Shown one piece after another: positions 21,442-31,558 of a DNA stretch of 64,000 nucleotides (its first letter is position 1; each line of letters starts with the position of its first letter). The translations under genes and the position numbers were made by a program. Source of the stretch: an uncultured Pseudomonadales bacterium (GTDB taxonomy: Bacteria; Patescibacteriota; Microgenomatia; UBA1400; CAYXSR01); contig CAYSEI010000001.1 in assembly GCA_964430265.1 (NCBI GenBank), forward strand, positions 154,786 to 218,785, read 5' to 3'. The notes beneath the pieces are model-generated. The model worked only from the letters and a program-made list of their open reading frames with translations. It was not told the DNA's origin and ran no database searches.

Positions 21442-22134
21442 CTATAATTCTAAAACCATATTTTCCATAGCTAGTTTAACATTTACATTCTTTTCTAAAA
21501 GATATTTTGTTCTGCGTAAAAGCTTGATTATTCTGAGAACTTCTTTTTTATTTGCTTTTTTGTCTTTGATTGCAACTTGGCGTAAAGCAAAAATTGATTC
21601 TTTACAAAACTGCACTGCTTTTTCCCTAGACTTTATATGCGGTTCAATTTTATTTATGCGTTCCCCTGCTCCACTTTTGATTAAGCTTCTTAACTTTTCA
21701 AGCTTTTCTTTTTTTCTTTTGGCATCCATATTGGTTTCTTTGTTTTGTGACAGGTTTACAATCTGACAACGGGACGTAATTGTGGGTAAAAAGTTATTTT
21801 TATGGGAGGCGGATATAAAAATGTATTTGTTGTCAGGTATTTCTTCAAGTGTTTTTAAGAATGCATTCTGTGCTTCTCTGGTCATTTTTTCGCCTTGTAA
21901 AATAACTACTATTTGTACTGAATGTTGATAAGGTTTTTTAGAAAGAAAGCTTTGAATCTTTCTGACATTATCTATTCCAATTGAATTTGGGAGATTTAAC
22001 AAAAAAAGATCAGGATTATTTTGGTTTTCCTCTATAGTAATTTCGGGGAAATCAATACTATATATATTAAGAATATTATTAATCTTTTTTAGGTTTTGTT
22101 CTTGGTCGGTGCTAATGATAAGATAAGAATGCAT
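21442..22134 (-). CDS. holB: DNA polymerase III delta-prime-like subunit, short form
   Basis: TREAQNAFLKTLEEIPDNKYIFI and the TITSRCQIVNL sensor motifs. Only 230 aa, with no Walker A. Confidence 0.7.
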   Translation of the reverse strand: MHSYLIISTDQEQNLKKINNILNIYSIDFPEITIEENQNNPDLFLLNLPNSIGIDNVRKIQSFLSKKPYQHSVQIVVILQGEKMTREAQNAFLKTLEEIPDNKYIFISASHKNNFLPTITSRCQIVNLSQNKETNMDAKRKKEKLEKLRSLIKSGAGERINKIEPHIKSREKAVQFCKESIFALRQVAIKDKKANKKEVLRIIKLLRRTKYLLEKNVNVKLAMENMVLEL

Positions 22135-22139
22135 TTACC

Positions 22140-22169
22140 TTGACATTATACTAGGATACATGTAAAAAT
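22140..22169 (+). promoter_or_regulatory. Sigma70-like promoter for the pil operon (TTGACA-17-TGTAAAAAT)
   Basis: TTGACA at 22140-22145, a 17-nt spacer, then an extended -10 at 22161-22169. ATG of pilB at 22177. Confidence 0.45.
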
Positions 22170-22176
22170 TAAACCA

Positions 22177-23907
22177 ATGTCTGCCCAATTAAAACAATCC
22201 CAGAAAAGCCTCGCAGGAATTCTTTTTGAGAAAGAATTTATTACCGATAGAATAAAAGAAAAAATTGAGCTGGAAAGTGTTAATACAGGCAAAAACCAAG
22301 AAGAGATAATTAGTGAAAATAACTATGTTTCGAAGCGTGAATTGGCCCAAGCAAAAGCTGAACTTTATGATATTCCCTTTGTTAATCTTAGTGAAACAAG
22401 TCTTTCTCCGGAAGCATTAAACTACATTCCGGAAGTTGTAGCTAGACGCTATGATTGTTTTCCTTACCAAATAGATAAGGATAGTAATACTATCCATGTT
22501 GCAATGGAAGATCCGTTTGATATGGTTGCGGTAGAGTTTATTGAGCAGAAAACCGGCATGAATATCCAAACCGGGATTGCTGTTGAGGAGGACGTTAAAG
22601 AAGCGATCAACCGCTATTATTCCCAAAGCCTGTCTTCTGAAGTTACCGAAGCGTTAAAAGAAACAGGACGTGCTGGTGGTGGAACAAGGAAAAAAGTAAT
22701 AGAAGCCAGGGATATGGGAAAAATTATTAAGGAAGCTCCAATTGCAAAGATTGTCAGTACTTTGCTTGATTTTGCAATTAAAGCAAAAGCTTCTGATATC
22801 CATATTGAACCGCAGGAAGAAAGAACACGTATTCGTTATCGTATTGACGGTATTATGCATGAAAAACTGGTTTTACCTAAAGGGGTTCATGATGCTGTTG
22901 TTTCCCGTATTAAAATTTTAGGAGGAATGAAGATTGATGAAAAGAGAATTCCCCAGGACGGCAGGTTCAGTTTTAGATCAGACGGTGAAGAAGTTGACTT
23001 GCGTGTGTCCTCGCTGCCGACTGTACATGGAGAAAAAATTGTAATGCGTTTATTAAAACAAAGTGGAAGAGTTTTAAGTTTGTCGGAATTGGGTCTTAGA
23101 GGAAAAGGCTTAAAAGACTTAAGGGATGCACTTTCCGTGTCTCACGGAATTATTTTAGTAACCGGTCCTACTGGTTCTGGTAAAACAACAACTTTGTATT
23201 CTTCTTTAACAAAACTAAATACTCCTAAAGTTAATATTATTACTCTAGAAGATCCGGTTGAGTATGAGATTGATGGTGCAAATCAGGTGCAAGTTAATCC
23301 GCAGGCAGGTTTAACTTTTGCTTCCGGGCTGAGGTCATTCTTGCGTCAAGACCCGGATATTATCATGGTAGGAGAAATCAGAGATGAAGAAACAGCAGAA
23401 CTAGCGATTCATGCTGCTTTGACAGGTCACGTGGTCTTCTCTACTCTGCACACAAATAGTGCTGCAGGAGCGCTTCCCAGAATGATGGATATGGGTTCCG
23501 AAGCATATTTACTGGCTTCTAGTATGGTATCGGTAGTTGGACAGCGTGTTGTCAGGCGTATTTGTGAAAATTGTAAGGAAGAATATGAACCAAAGGAAGA
23601 AGTTAAACAGGATATAAGAAATGTTTTGGGGGAATACTTTCCTAAAGACAAAGAAAAGATTACTTTGACAAGAGGAAAAAAATGTACAGCCTGCAATGAA
23701 ACCGGATACAAAGGTAGAATTGGTATTTTTGAAGTTTTGCCTATTGATCCAAACATAAGAAAGTTGATTTTGGAACAGGCAGCTACGTCTGCAATCGAAA
23801 AACAAGCCCGGGAAAACGGCATGCTAACAATGCTTCAAGACGGATATTTAAGGTGTCTTGAAGGAACAACAACGATTGAAGAAGTACTCAGAGTTTCTAA
23901 AGGTTAA
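22177..23907 (+). CDS. pilB: Type IV pilus assembly ATPase PilB (GspE family)
   Basis: N-terminal GSPII_E_N domain, Walker A GPTGSGKTTTLYS, Asp/His boxes, and the tetracysteine CENCKEEYEP...CTACNETGYKGRIGIFEVL. Confidence 0.9.
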   Translation: MSAQLKQSQKSLAGILFEKEFITDRIKEKIELESVNTGKNQEEIISENNYVSKRELAQAKAELYDIPFVNLSETSLSPEALNYIPEVVARRYDCFPYQIDKDSNTIHVAMEDPFDMVAVEFIEQKTGMNIQTGIAVEEDVKEAINRYYSQSLSSEVTEALKETGRAGGGTRKKVIEARDMGKIIKEAPIAKIVSTLLDFAIKAKASDIHIEPQEERTRIRYRIDGIMHEKLVLPKGVHDAVVSRIKILGGMKIDEKRIPQDGRFSFRSDGEEVDLRVSSLPTVHGEKIVMRLLKQSGRVLSLSELGLRGKGLKDLRDALSVSHGIILVTGPTGSGKTTTLYSSLTKLNTPKVNIITLEDPVEYEIDGANQVQVNPQAGLTFASGLRSFLRQDPDIIMVGEIRDEETAELAIHAALTGHVVFSTLHTNSAAGALPRMMDMGSEAYLLASSMVSVVGQRVVRRICENCKEEYEPKEEVKQDIRNVLGEYFPKDKEKITLTRGKKCTACNETGYKGRIGIFEVLPIDPNIRKLILEQAATSAIEKQARENGMLTMLQDGYLRCLEGTTTIEEVLRVSKG

Positions 23908-23923
23908 GAAAGGAATAATTGCT

Positions 23924-24979
23924 ATGGAAATAAACGAACTATTAAAAAGAACAGTTGAAACTGGATCCTCAGACCTGCATATACTTGTCGGTTATCCTCC
24001 TTATTTACGGATAAACGGAGAATTAAAGCCTTTAGGAGAAAAAAACATAACGGAAGAAGAAAGCAAAGACTTAATTTTGGGTTTATTGAATAATCAACAA
24101 AAAGACTTGTATCTGGCAAATAAGGAACTTGATTTTTCTCTTGACTTTGAAAAAAAGGCTCGTTTCAGAATTAATGCATATTTTGAAAAAGGAGAGATGG
24201 CAGCAGCCTTAAGATTATTGCCGCATAGGATAAGGACGATAAAGGAACTTAATCTTCCTGATATTTGCCTGGAATTAAGTTCTTTAAAAAGCGGCTTTAT
24301 ACTTGTAACCGGACCAACAGGGCACGGTAAATCAACAACATTAGCAGCAATAGTGGAAGAAATCAATCAAAAAAGATCAGAACACATTGTTACTATTGAA
24401 GATCCGATTGAATATGTTTACCAAGGTAAGAAAAGCATAATTTCCCAAAGGGAAATGAATCAGGATACCCATTCATGGGAAGTTGCTTTAAGATCTGTTC
24501 TTAGAGAAGATCCTGATGTTGTTTTAGTTGGTGAAATGAGGGATTACGAAACAATTGCGGCGGCACTTACTGTTGCAGAAACAGGCCACCTTGTTCTGGC
24601 AACTTTACATACAAATAGTGCTTCACAAACATTAGACAGAATTGTTGATGTTTTTCCGGAAGAAAAGCAAGAACAGGTAAGACTGCAATTGTCCAGTACA
24701 ATACAAGGGATTATCTCCCAAAGATTGATTCCGGCAACAAATGGAGGGCGTGTACCAGCAACAGAAATAATTTTGGGAACATCAGCTGTTAAAACGAATA
24801 TAAGGGAAGGGAAAACGCACCTTATTGATAATATTATTCAAACATCGGAAGCAATTGGCATGATGTCTTTGGAAAGAAGTTTGTCCAATTGGGTAAATCA
24901 AGGAATAATAACATATGAAACTGCCAGAAAATGGGCATTACACAGGGACCATTTAGACAGATTTTTAGAAAAAAAGTAA
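23924..24979 (+). CDS. pilT: Twitching-motility retraction ATPase PilT
   Basis: MEINELLKRTVETGSSDLHILVGYPP, Walker A GPTGHGKSTTLAAIV, and the AIRNLIREGKTHQ-like block (NIREGKTHLIDNIIQTS). Start reassigned to ATG 23924. Confidence 0.9.
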   Translation: MEINELLKRTVETGSSDLHILVGYPPYLRINGELKPLGEKNITEEESKDLILGLLNNQQKDLYLANKELDFSLDFEKKARFRINAYFEKGEMAAALRLLPHRIRTIKELNLPDICLELSSLKSGFILVTGPTGHGKSTTLAAIVEEINQKRSEHIVTIEDPIEYVYQGKKSIISQREMNQDTHSWEVALRSVLREDPDVVLVGEMRDYETIAAALTVAETGHLVLATLHTNSASQTLDRIVDVFPEEKQEQVRLQLSSTIQGIISQRLIPATNGGRVPATEIILGTSAVKTNIREGKTHLIDNIIQTSEAIGMMSLERSLSNWVNQGIITYETARKWALHRDHLDRFLEKK

Positions 24980-24983
24980 AAAT

Positions 24984-26186
24984 ATGCGACAATTTAATTA
25001 CCGAGCCAGGAATCAACAAGGAGAAGAAGTTAAAGGGGTTATTGAAACTACAAATGAAAAACACGCAGCTAAAATTTTACGTGACAGAAACTATATTGTT
25101 GTTTCTTTAAAAGAAAAAAAAGGGTTTACGTTATTTGGAAATATAAATTTTCTAAACAAAGTTACTAGTAAAGATGTAACTGTATTTACACGGCAATTAG
25201 GTGTGATGATCAGGACGGGTCTGACATTAACAGATGCCTTAAACATTCTTAAAAGAGATGCTAAGCCTCAACTTTCTGCAGTTTTGGAGAAGGTTACTGA
25301 AGAGATTGAAGCGGGCAGTTCTTTTCATGAAGCATTAAAAAATCATCAGGATATTTTTTCCAAGACCTATCTTGCGTTAGTACGTAGTGGAGAAAAATCC
25401 GGAAAATTGGATGAGGTTCTGATACGCTTGGCAGACAACTTGGAAAAAAAAGAGGAATTCAAAGGAAAGGTCAAAGGTGCTTTGATTTATCCTTCTATTG
25501 TTATTATTGGTATGATAGCTGTTGCTTTTATTATGATGGTTTTTGTAGTTCCCAAGCTGACAAGTATGTATGAAGACTTCGGGGTTAGTCTACCCTTGCC
25601 TACTCGTATATTGATTGGTTTATCAACTTTTATGAGCAAGTTTTGGTATCTTTTTATTCTTATGGTCGGAGGATTAATTTTCTTTTTCAACCGATGGAAG
25701 AAAACGGAAGAAGGGAGGGCTTTTATTGATAAATGGCTTTTGGAAATACCAATTATTGGAAACGTTATTAAAAAATCAATATTAACTCAGCTTTCCCAAA
25801 CAATGTCAATGCTTGTTGAAGCAGGTGTACCTATTATTGATGTTTTAGAAATTGTTGCAGAAACTTCCAACAATTATTTATTTGAAAAATCAATAAAAGA
25901 AGTTGCCGAGAGACTGGAAAAAGGTGTACCTTTAGCATCCACTTTCAGTAGCTATTTGATCTATCCTCCCCTATTTGTACAAATGGTTTCAGTTGGTGAA
26001 GAAACTGGAAAACTAGGTGAAGTTTTAGAAAAAGTTTCCTATCATTTTGAGATGGAAACAGAGACAGCTGTAAAAGGATTGACAAGCGCGATGGAACCTC
26101 TTATGATGGTAGTATTAGGTATCGGGGTGGGATTTTTGGTAATATCAATAATAACACCGATTTATCAATTGACAAGCTCATTTTAA
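24984..26186 (+). CDS. pilC: Type IV pilus platform protein PilC (GspF family)
   Basis: Two T2SF repeats. N-terminal MRQFNYRARNQQGEEVKGVIE is typical of PilC. Three TM segments. Confidence 0.9.
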   Translation: MRQFNYRARNQQGEEVKGVIETTNEKHAAKILRDRNYIVVSLKEKKGFTLFGNINFLNKVTSKDVTVFTRQLGVMIRTGLTLTDALNILKRDAKPQLSAVLEKVTEEIEAGSSFHEALKNHQDIFSKTYLALVRSGEKSGKLDEVLIRLADNLEKKEEFKGKVKGALIYPSIVIIGMIAVAFIMMVFVVPKLTSMYEDFGVSLPLPTRILIGLSTFMSKFWYLFILMVGGLIFFFNRWKKTEEGRAFIDKWLLEIPIIGNVIKKSILTQLSQTMSMLVEAGVPIIDVLEIVAETSNNYLFEKSIKEVAERLEKGVPLASTFSSYLIYPPLFVQMVSVGEETGKLGEVLEKVSYHFEMETETAVKGLTSAMEPLMMVVLGIGVGFLVISIITPIYQLTSSF

Positions 26187-26204
26187 TACAAAAAGGAGGT
26201 GAAA

Positions 26205-26696
26205 ATGAACAAAAAAGGTTTTACTTTAATCGAACTTTTAATTGTTATCGCGCTATTGGGAGTTTTAGCTGTAGGACTTTTGGCAACAATTGACCCTTTT
26301 GAACAGTTGAAAAAAGGAAGAGATACATCAACAAGAAACATGGTAGAAGAGTTTTATAACGCAGCACTGAGATATTATGCTATTAATAATGAATTTCCTT
26401 GGGAGGGAACAGCACAGAGTGGGGAAGATTTATCAGATGGAGATATGTATACTTACGTTTCAATGATTTATGATATGGGAGAGTTAAAAGAAGCGTTTTT
26501 AGATGCATCTGGTTTGGACCGTGTGTATGTAACTTCGACAGATTGTGGTGGAGTGGCTTGTGACGATTTAACTGTTTGTTTCTCTCCACAATCAAAAGCA
26601 TTTAGAGGAGATAATAATACTCAGTTCACTGTTTCAGGAGCCGAGGAGAGTCCCTGTGGACCAACTGTAGCTACTTGCTACTGGTGCATTAGATAA
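26205..26696 (+). CDS. Type IV (pre)pilin, candidate major pilin
   Basis: Class III signal MNKKGFTLIELLIVIALLGVLAV (G-1, F+1, E+5). Strong RBS GGAGGTG 5 nt upstream. C-terminal Cys pair CYWC. First pilin gene after pilC. Confidence 0.85.
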   Translation: MNKKGFTLIELLIVIALLGVLAVGLLATIDPFEQLKKGRDTSTRNMVEEFYNAALRYYAINNEFPWEGTAQSGEDLSDGDMYTYVSMIYDMGELKEAFLDASGLDRVYVTSTDCGGVACDDLTVCFSPQSKAFRGDNNTQFTVSGAEESPCGPTVATCYWCIR

Positions 26697-26721
26697 GAAT
26701 TTTTGAGTCTTAAAGTTTAAT

Positions 26722-28728
26722 TTGATGATTAAAGAGTTTAGAAAAAAGCTTTATGAAGAGAAAGGGTCCATAGGACTCTTTTTCTTTCTGTTTACTGTTT
26801 TACTCTATTTTCAGATTAAATCTGTTTATGGAGGTGATTCTGGAGACTATTTATCTGCAGCTGCTGTTTGGGGTGTTCCCCATCAGCCGGGATATCCATT
26901 ATTTACTTTTTTAGCTGCTTTAATTTATCGTTTGGTTCCTCTTTCAACACCAGCATGGAGGGTTGCTTTGCTTTCTACAATTCCGGCTGCACTAACAGGA
27001 ATGTTTTTATACAAGTTATTAGCGATTTACTTTAGGAAAATAGTTGCCTTAATCAGCAGTTTATCTTTTGTTTTTTTGTATCCGGTTTGGCTTTATTCGG
27101 AAATAGTAGAAGTTTTCAGTCTGAACAACTTTTTTACTTTGTCTTTGATTTATTTTACTTTTAAGTTTCAAATAACAAAAAAAGAAAGATTTTTTAACCT
27201 TTTTTTAGTTTTTTTAGGTTTTGCAGTTGCGCATCATCATATTATAGTTTTTATATTTCCAGGACTTTTTTGGATATGGAAGAAACATTTTAAAAAATTA
27301 TTTAGTTTAAAAAAATTGTTGTTTTTGATTCCGGGGCTTTTGTTTTATGCATATTTACCGATTGCAGCAAGCTTTAATCCCCCAATCAACTGGGGTGGGC
27401 CGTCAAGTTTAAAAAGATTTCTAGAAACAATTTTCAGGGTAGGTTTTGGTACATTTCAGGCAAACCAATTTATTATTAAAACATTATGGAACCGTATTGT
27501 TCTAGTTCTGGTTTTCTTTCAATATGTATTTTTTGACTTTGGTATCAGTGGTTTATTTTTTGTTTTGCTTGGCATCATTGGTTATTTTTCTATTAAAACG
27601 AAAGAACTAAAAACTTTCTGGCGTTTTTCAATGCTAACACTTGGTTTTTATGTCTTTTTTATTTTTTATTCCAGTTTTCCTTTGTATTCAAATTTTAATG
27701 TAGCGACTTTTGAAAGGTTTTTAATTTCTCCCTATCTTTTTTTAATCATATTAATGGCTTTTGGTTTGCATGTTGTTTTAAAGAAAGTTATAAAGCTAAC
27801 AAGTGGATTAAATAAAAAAAGTGTGATTTTAGTACTTTTTCAAGTAATTCTTTTTTCTTTTCTTCCTTTGTCAATTTTTCTCAGCAACTATCGCAAAATA
27901 TCTATCTTGAAAAATGATTTTACCGCTGAAAAGTTTTCCAAAGATATTTTGGATTCTGCTCCAGAAGGTTCAGTTGTTTTACTCATGTCTGATACTACTT
28001 GGTTTAATACTTCTTATGTTTATTATGCTTTGGAATATAGGAGGCATGAAATAAAATACATTAATCCTTTTATTCTTAACGCCCCTTATTACCAAAAGTA
28101 TTTTAGCAAAGATTTTCCTGATTTAAAATTTGCCAAGAAAGAAGACGTGCAAGAAAATATGCAGTATTTGATACGTGAGAATCCTAATGTTTTTATTATT
28201 CCCGACAATGAAGTAGAAGGATTTAAATTAATTCCCAACGGATTGCTCTTTAAATACTATCCAGAAGATAATCTTCCTTCTGTTGATGAAGTTATTGCTA
28301 TAAACGATAATCTTTGGCAGCAATATAATGATCCATTGGAAGGCAGTTTAGGAAAGTACAAGAATTTATTTTTATCTGATGTTTTAAGACATTACTGGGG
28401 CAATAGTATGGAGATGGCAGAATATTTAGTTGAAAACAAAAAATATATAGAAGCAGAAAAATATTTGAATAAAGCAGTTTACTATGGGGTGAAAGACTCT
28501 CAAATCAATTTACTTTTTGGAAGAGTTTATTTAAATACTGACCGTTGTAAAAAAGCAGAAGAGGCTTTTCTTAAAGCAAAAGAGGAACTTTCGGACAATC
28601 CCTTTCCTGATGCTTATCTTAGACAGGTTTATATCAATTGTTATCAGGATGAGAAAAAGGCAGAAGAGTTTTTAGATTCTTGTTTTGATAAAGAGAAGGA
28701 ACAACAAATACCATTGGAAGATAAATAA
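26722..28728 (+). CDS. DUF2723/PMT-like (GT-C fold) polytopic membrane glycosyltransferase-like protein with C-terminal TPR region
   Basis: N-terminal YGGDSGDYLSAAAVWGVPHQPGYPLF signature as in DUF2723/TMEM260-type proteins. At least 10 TM segments. The C-terminal ~150 aa are soluble with TPR-like helices. Confidence 0.55.
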   Translation: MMIKEFRKKLYEEKGSIGLFFFLFTVLLYFQIKSVYGGDSGDYLSAAAVWGVPHQPGYPLFTFLAALIYRLVPLSTPAWRVALLSTIPAALTGMFLYKLLAIYFRKIVALISSLSFVFLYPVWLYSEIVEVFSLNNFFTLSLIYFTFKFQITKKERFFNLFLVFLGFAVAHHHIIVFIFPGLFWIWKKHFKKLFSLKKLLFLIPGLLFYAYLPIAASFNPPINWGGPSSLKRFLETIFRVGFGTFQANQFIIKTLWNRIVLVLVFFQYVFFDFGISGLFFVLLGIIGYFSIKTKELKTFWRFSMLTLGFYVFFIFYSSFPLYSNFNVATFERFLISPYLFLIILMAFGLHVVLKKVIKLTSGLNKKSVILVLFQVILFSFLPLSIFLSNYRKISILKNDFTAEKFSKDILDSAPEGSVVLLMSDTTWFNTSYVYYALEYRRHEIKYINPFILNAPYYQKYFSKDFPDLKFAKKEDVQENMQYLIRENPNVFIIPDNEVEGFKLIPNGLLFKYYPEDNLPSVDEVIAINDNLWQQYNDPLEGSLGKYKNLFLSDVLRHYWGNSMEMAEYLVENKKYIEAEKYLNKAVYYGVKDSQINLLFGRVYLNTDRCKKAEEAFLKAKEELSDNPFPDAYLRQVYINCYQDEKKAEEFLDSCFDKEKEQQIPLEDK

Positions 28729-30856
28729 TTAACAAGAAATGGCCAGAAAGGCTAATCAATAGTCCTTTTCTGAAAACAGCTGGTTTAAATCTCAGCATAA
28801 TTTTATGATTACCAGGCGGTATTACAACTCCCATGCTATTGATATTGGTATTTAATATTTCAACTTCTTCATTATCGATAAACCCTTTCCATCCGGGATA
28901 ATTAAACTGTTTGATTACTGCTAATGTTTTATTTTGTGTTTTTGTTTCAAAAGAAATCAGACCGTCTTGAACAATTAGATTATTAATTTTGTTGGACTGA
29001 TCTTCATTTTGTGAATCAAAATTGATTTCCCTTTCTGTCAAAGCAGAATTTTCAAAAGAAAAATCTTTCTGATTGACGTATTTTACATAATCGGTAAAAG
29101 TCGAGATGTTTATGGAATCATTGACCAAATTAACCATTGGCAGGCTTTTATTAATTCGATAAACATTTGTTCCGCTTTCACTTTGATAGACCATTTCAAT
29201 CTCTAGGTTAGACGCCACTTTTAATGGAGTAATAAAATACTCTACACTGTTTTGTTGGAGAGCTTTTGTTGCATTTGGGGTTAATATTAGACTTTCTTCT
29301 TTAACATTAATATTATTTATAATGAAACTGCGTGAGAGAAGATTTCTAATCAATGGTAGTGCGTTTTCAACATTTGCTTGATTAATGTTGTAGTACAAAT
29401 TTGCGTAATTGATAGGGTCTTCCCGTTTACGGTAATAGAATTCCGGGTTCTGCCATCCCTTGGAAGAAAAGTGATCAAACCAGTCATTTTCAAATCCCAA
29501 AGAAAAAACTTTTGGATTATCTTTTTTTTCTTGCAGAAAACGTACTAATTCGGGTTTTTCAAACCATTTTTTATGGGGTTCAATTAAATGATAACTATTG
29601 AAGAAACGATACAAGTCCAAAAAACTCAAAACGATCAATAAATAAATAGTTATCTTAACAACTTTTTTTTGTCTGTAGTTTTTATCTATGAAATCTATTC
29701 CGAACATGGCAAAAAGCGCTAAAAAGACACCAGAAACTAGCAAAAAACGTGAAGGAACCCTAAATAAATTAAAAGGCCAGAATTCATAAAAGAAATATAG
29801 TGGAGAATGTTTTCCAAGTACTAAGAGAAATGAAAGGAAAATCCCCAAAGTTAGTCCTTTTTTAACTTTGCTTCTTTGTTTTTGCAGAAGGAAAAAGCCC
29901 ATTATAAACAATGGAGTTATTCCCAGGTAAGCGTTATTCTCCCAAAATATACGGACATGTGGCGTTTTAGTTACGTAAGTTCCTGTTTTTGGGCTTCCCA
30001 ATATATAAGGGTTAAGAAAAAGTAGGAAATCTTTTGGATGATAGCTGTATTGCGTAACTTCGGAAAATTTTAATCCCTTTTTTCTCAAGCTCAGATTTAA
30101 GTATTTCCGCGAAGGTAAAAGTTGTACTGAAGCTAATACTAATGCAAAAAGTAAAGAAGCAATCAGAAAAACAAAATTTATTACTAATTGTTTCTTTTTT
30201 TGCTTTGAAAGATAACAGTTGAATAAAAAGAAAATAAAGATGCAAAAAACTGAAATTAAGACTATTTGTTGACTACCGGTAAATATTTGTTGGCTGACTA
30301 CAAAGCTTAGAATCGGCCAAAAACGCGGATTTTTGAGGCTTTTTTTTACCAAGAATAATTCTAGCGTTAATAGGCTTGCTGCATGAAAAATATCCAAATG
30401 TGTTAAATGACTGATAAAGAACCCATTAAAGCTGAAAACAATGCTAAATAAAATAGCAGCCGAGTCCTTGACTTTAAATTCTTTTGCCAACAGGTATGAA
30501 AAAAGAAGGTTGATAAAAGTATTTACAAGATAGAAAATATTTATTGCAATTCCAAAAGGAAATATTATAAAGGTAAGAAAATTAATTAAGTTAAAAGTGC
30601 CGATTTGTCCTTGTGCAAGCATAGGTAATCCGTTATTTAAATTCTTTGACCACAAGGGTAGTTCAAAATTTTTTATTTTCTGCGAATAAAAATGTTTTAA
30701 GGGCAAATAACCGTGATAAATATCAGAAGACTTAAAATCGGGTGTTACAATTGTTCTTAATTCTGGGAAAAATAGTTTGTTAAAAAATAATAGATCAACT
30801 ATTAGAAGAAACAAAACAATCAATAGTGTTTTTCGTATTTTTTTGTTCAAGAACAT
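28634..30856 (-). CDS. YfhO-like large polytopic membrane protein (glycosylation-associated)
   Basis: 740 aa with many TM segments and a C-terminal beta-rich extracytoplasmic region. The N-terminal region resembles the YfhO family. Confidence 0.45.
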   Translation of the reverse strand: MFLNKKIRKTLLIVLFLLIVDLLFFNKLFFPELRTIVTPDFKSSDIYHGYLPLKHFYSQKIKNFELPLWSKNLNNGLPMLAQGQIGTFNLINFLTFIIFPFGIAINIFYLVNTFINLLFSYLLAKEFKVKDSAAILFSIVFSFNGFFISHLTHLDIFHAASLLTLELFLVKKSLKNPRFWPILSFVVSQQIFTGSQQIVLISVFCIFIFFLFNCYLSKQKKKQLVINFVFLIASLLFALVLASVQLLPSRKYLNLSLRKKGLKFSEVTQYSYHPKDFLLFLNPYILGSPKTGTYVTKTPHVRIFWENNAYLGITPLFIMGFFLLQKQRSKVKKGLTLGIFLSFLLVLGKHSPLYFFYEFWPFNLFRVPSRFLLVSGVFLALFAMFGIDFIDKNYRQKKVVKITIYLLIVLSFLDLYRFFNSYHLIEPHKKWFEKPELVRFLQEKKDNPKVFSLGFENDWFDHFSSKGWQNPEFYYRKREDPINYANLYYNINQANVENALPLIRNLLSRSFIINNINVKEESLILTPNATKALQQNSVEYFITPLKVASNLEIEMVYQSESGTNVYRINKSLPMVNLVNDSINISTFTDYVKYVNQKDFSFENSALTEREINFDSQNEDQSNKINNLIVQDGLISFETKTQNKTLAVIKQFNYPGWKGFIDNEEVEILNTNINSMGVVIPPGNHKIMLRFKPAVFRKGLLISLSGHFLLIIYLPMVFVVPSLYQNKNLKTLLPFSHPDNN

Positions 30857-31558
30857 TTAAGTACCTACTTTCCAGTATGTTCGTACTAGTAGCTGCTTTG
30901 GTAGAAACTGCTCAGCTTTGTAAAGTAATTTTATAAAAAACAAAGGCAGAAAACGATATAATAGCGGCGAAAAAAAGAAATGCTTTTCAGTGGTGTCAAT
31001 TTTTAATGATAGTTCTTTTAATAATATTTTTATTTCTTTGTCGGAATAGACGTGTATTTTTTGTGCACAGTCTCTTTTTATTAAATCTAAAAGTTTCTTG
31101 GGGCTTCGATTATGGGTTTCAAATAAAATATATCCATTTTCCTTTAGTGCTCTTTTTGATTCCTCCAGCATTTTTTTAACTTTTTTTAATGGATAATGAT
31201 GAAATATTCTTAGATGAATAACATAGTCAAATTCATTTTTGTCAAAGGGAAGATTATCAAGGTTAGCTTTAACTAGTTTTTTATATTTCTTAGTTTTATC
31301 AGCTTGTTTGAGCATTTTTGTTGAAGTATCAACTCCTAATATTTCAACTCCGGCTTTGCCTATTTTTCCGAGGCGCCCAGTTCCACAGGGTGCATCTAGT
31401 AATTTTATATTTTTCTTTTTGTTTATATTTTTTATAAAAAAAGAAAGTTCAATATTGTTAACAAAATTACCGGATTGTCCGCCAAAACGTAAATTATCAT
31501 ATTTTTTAACAACTGTTTCTTGATCATAGTAATTTATTTTCAATGATTTTTTAGGCAT
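30857..31558 (-). CDS. Class I SAM-dependent methyltransferase
   Basis: Motif I LLDAPCGTGRLG and the post-I acidic region ILGVD. Confidence 0.7.
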   Translation of the reverse strand: MPKKSLKINYYDQETVVKKYDNLRFGGQSGNFVNNIELSFFIKNINKKKNIKLLDAPCGTGRLGKIGKAGVEILGVDTSTKMLKQADKTKKYKKLVKANLDNLPFDKNEFDYVIHLRIFHHYPLKKVKKMLEESKRALKENGYILFETHNRSPKKLLDLIKRDCAQKIHVYSDKEIKILLKELSLKIDTTEKHFFFSPLLYRFLPLFFIKLLYKAEQFLPKQLLVRTYWKVGT

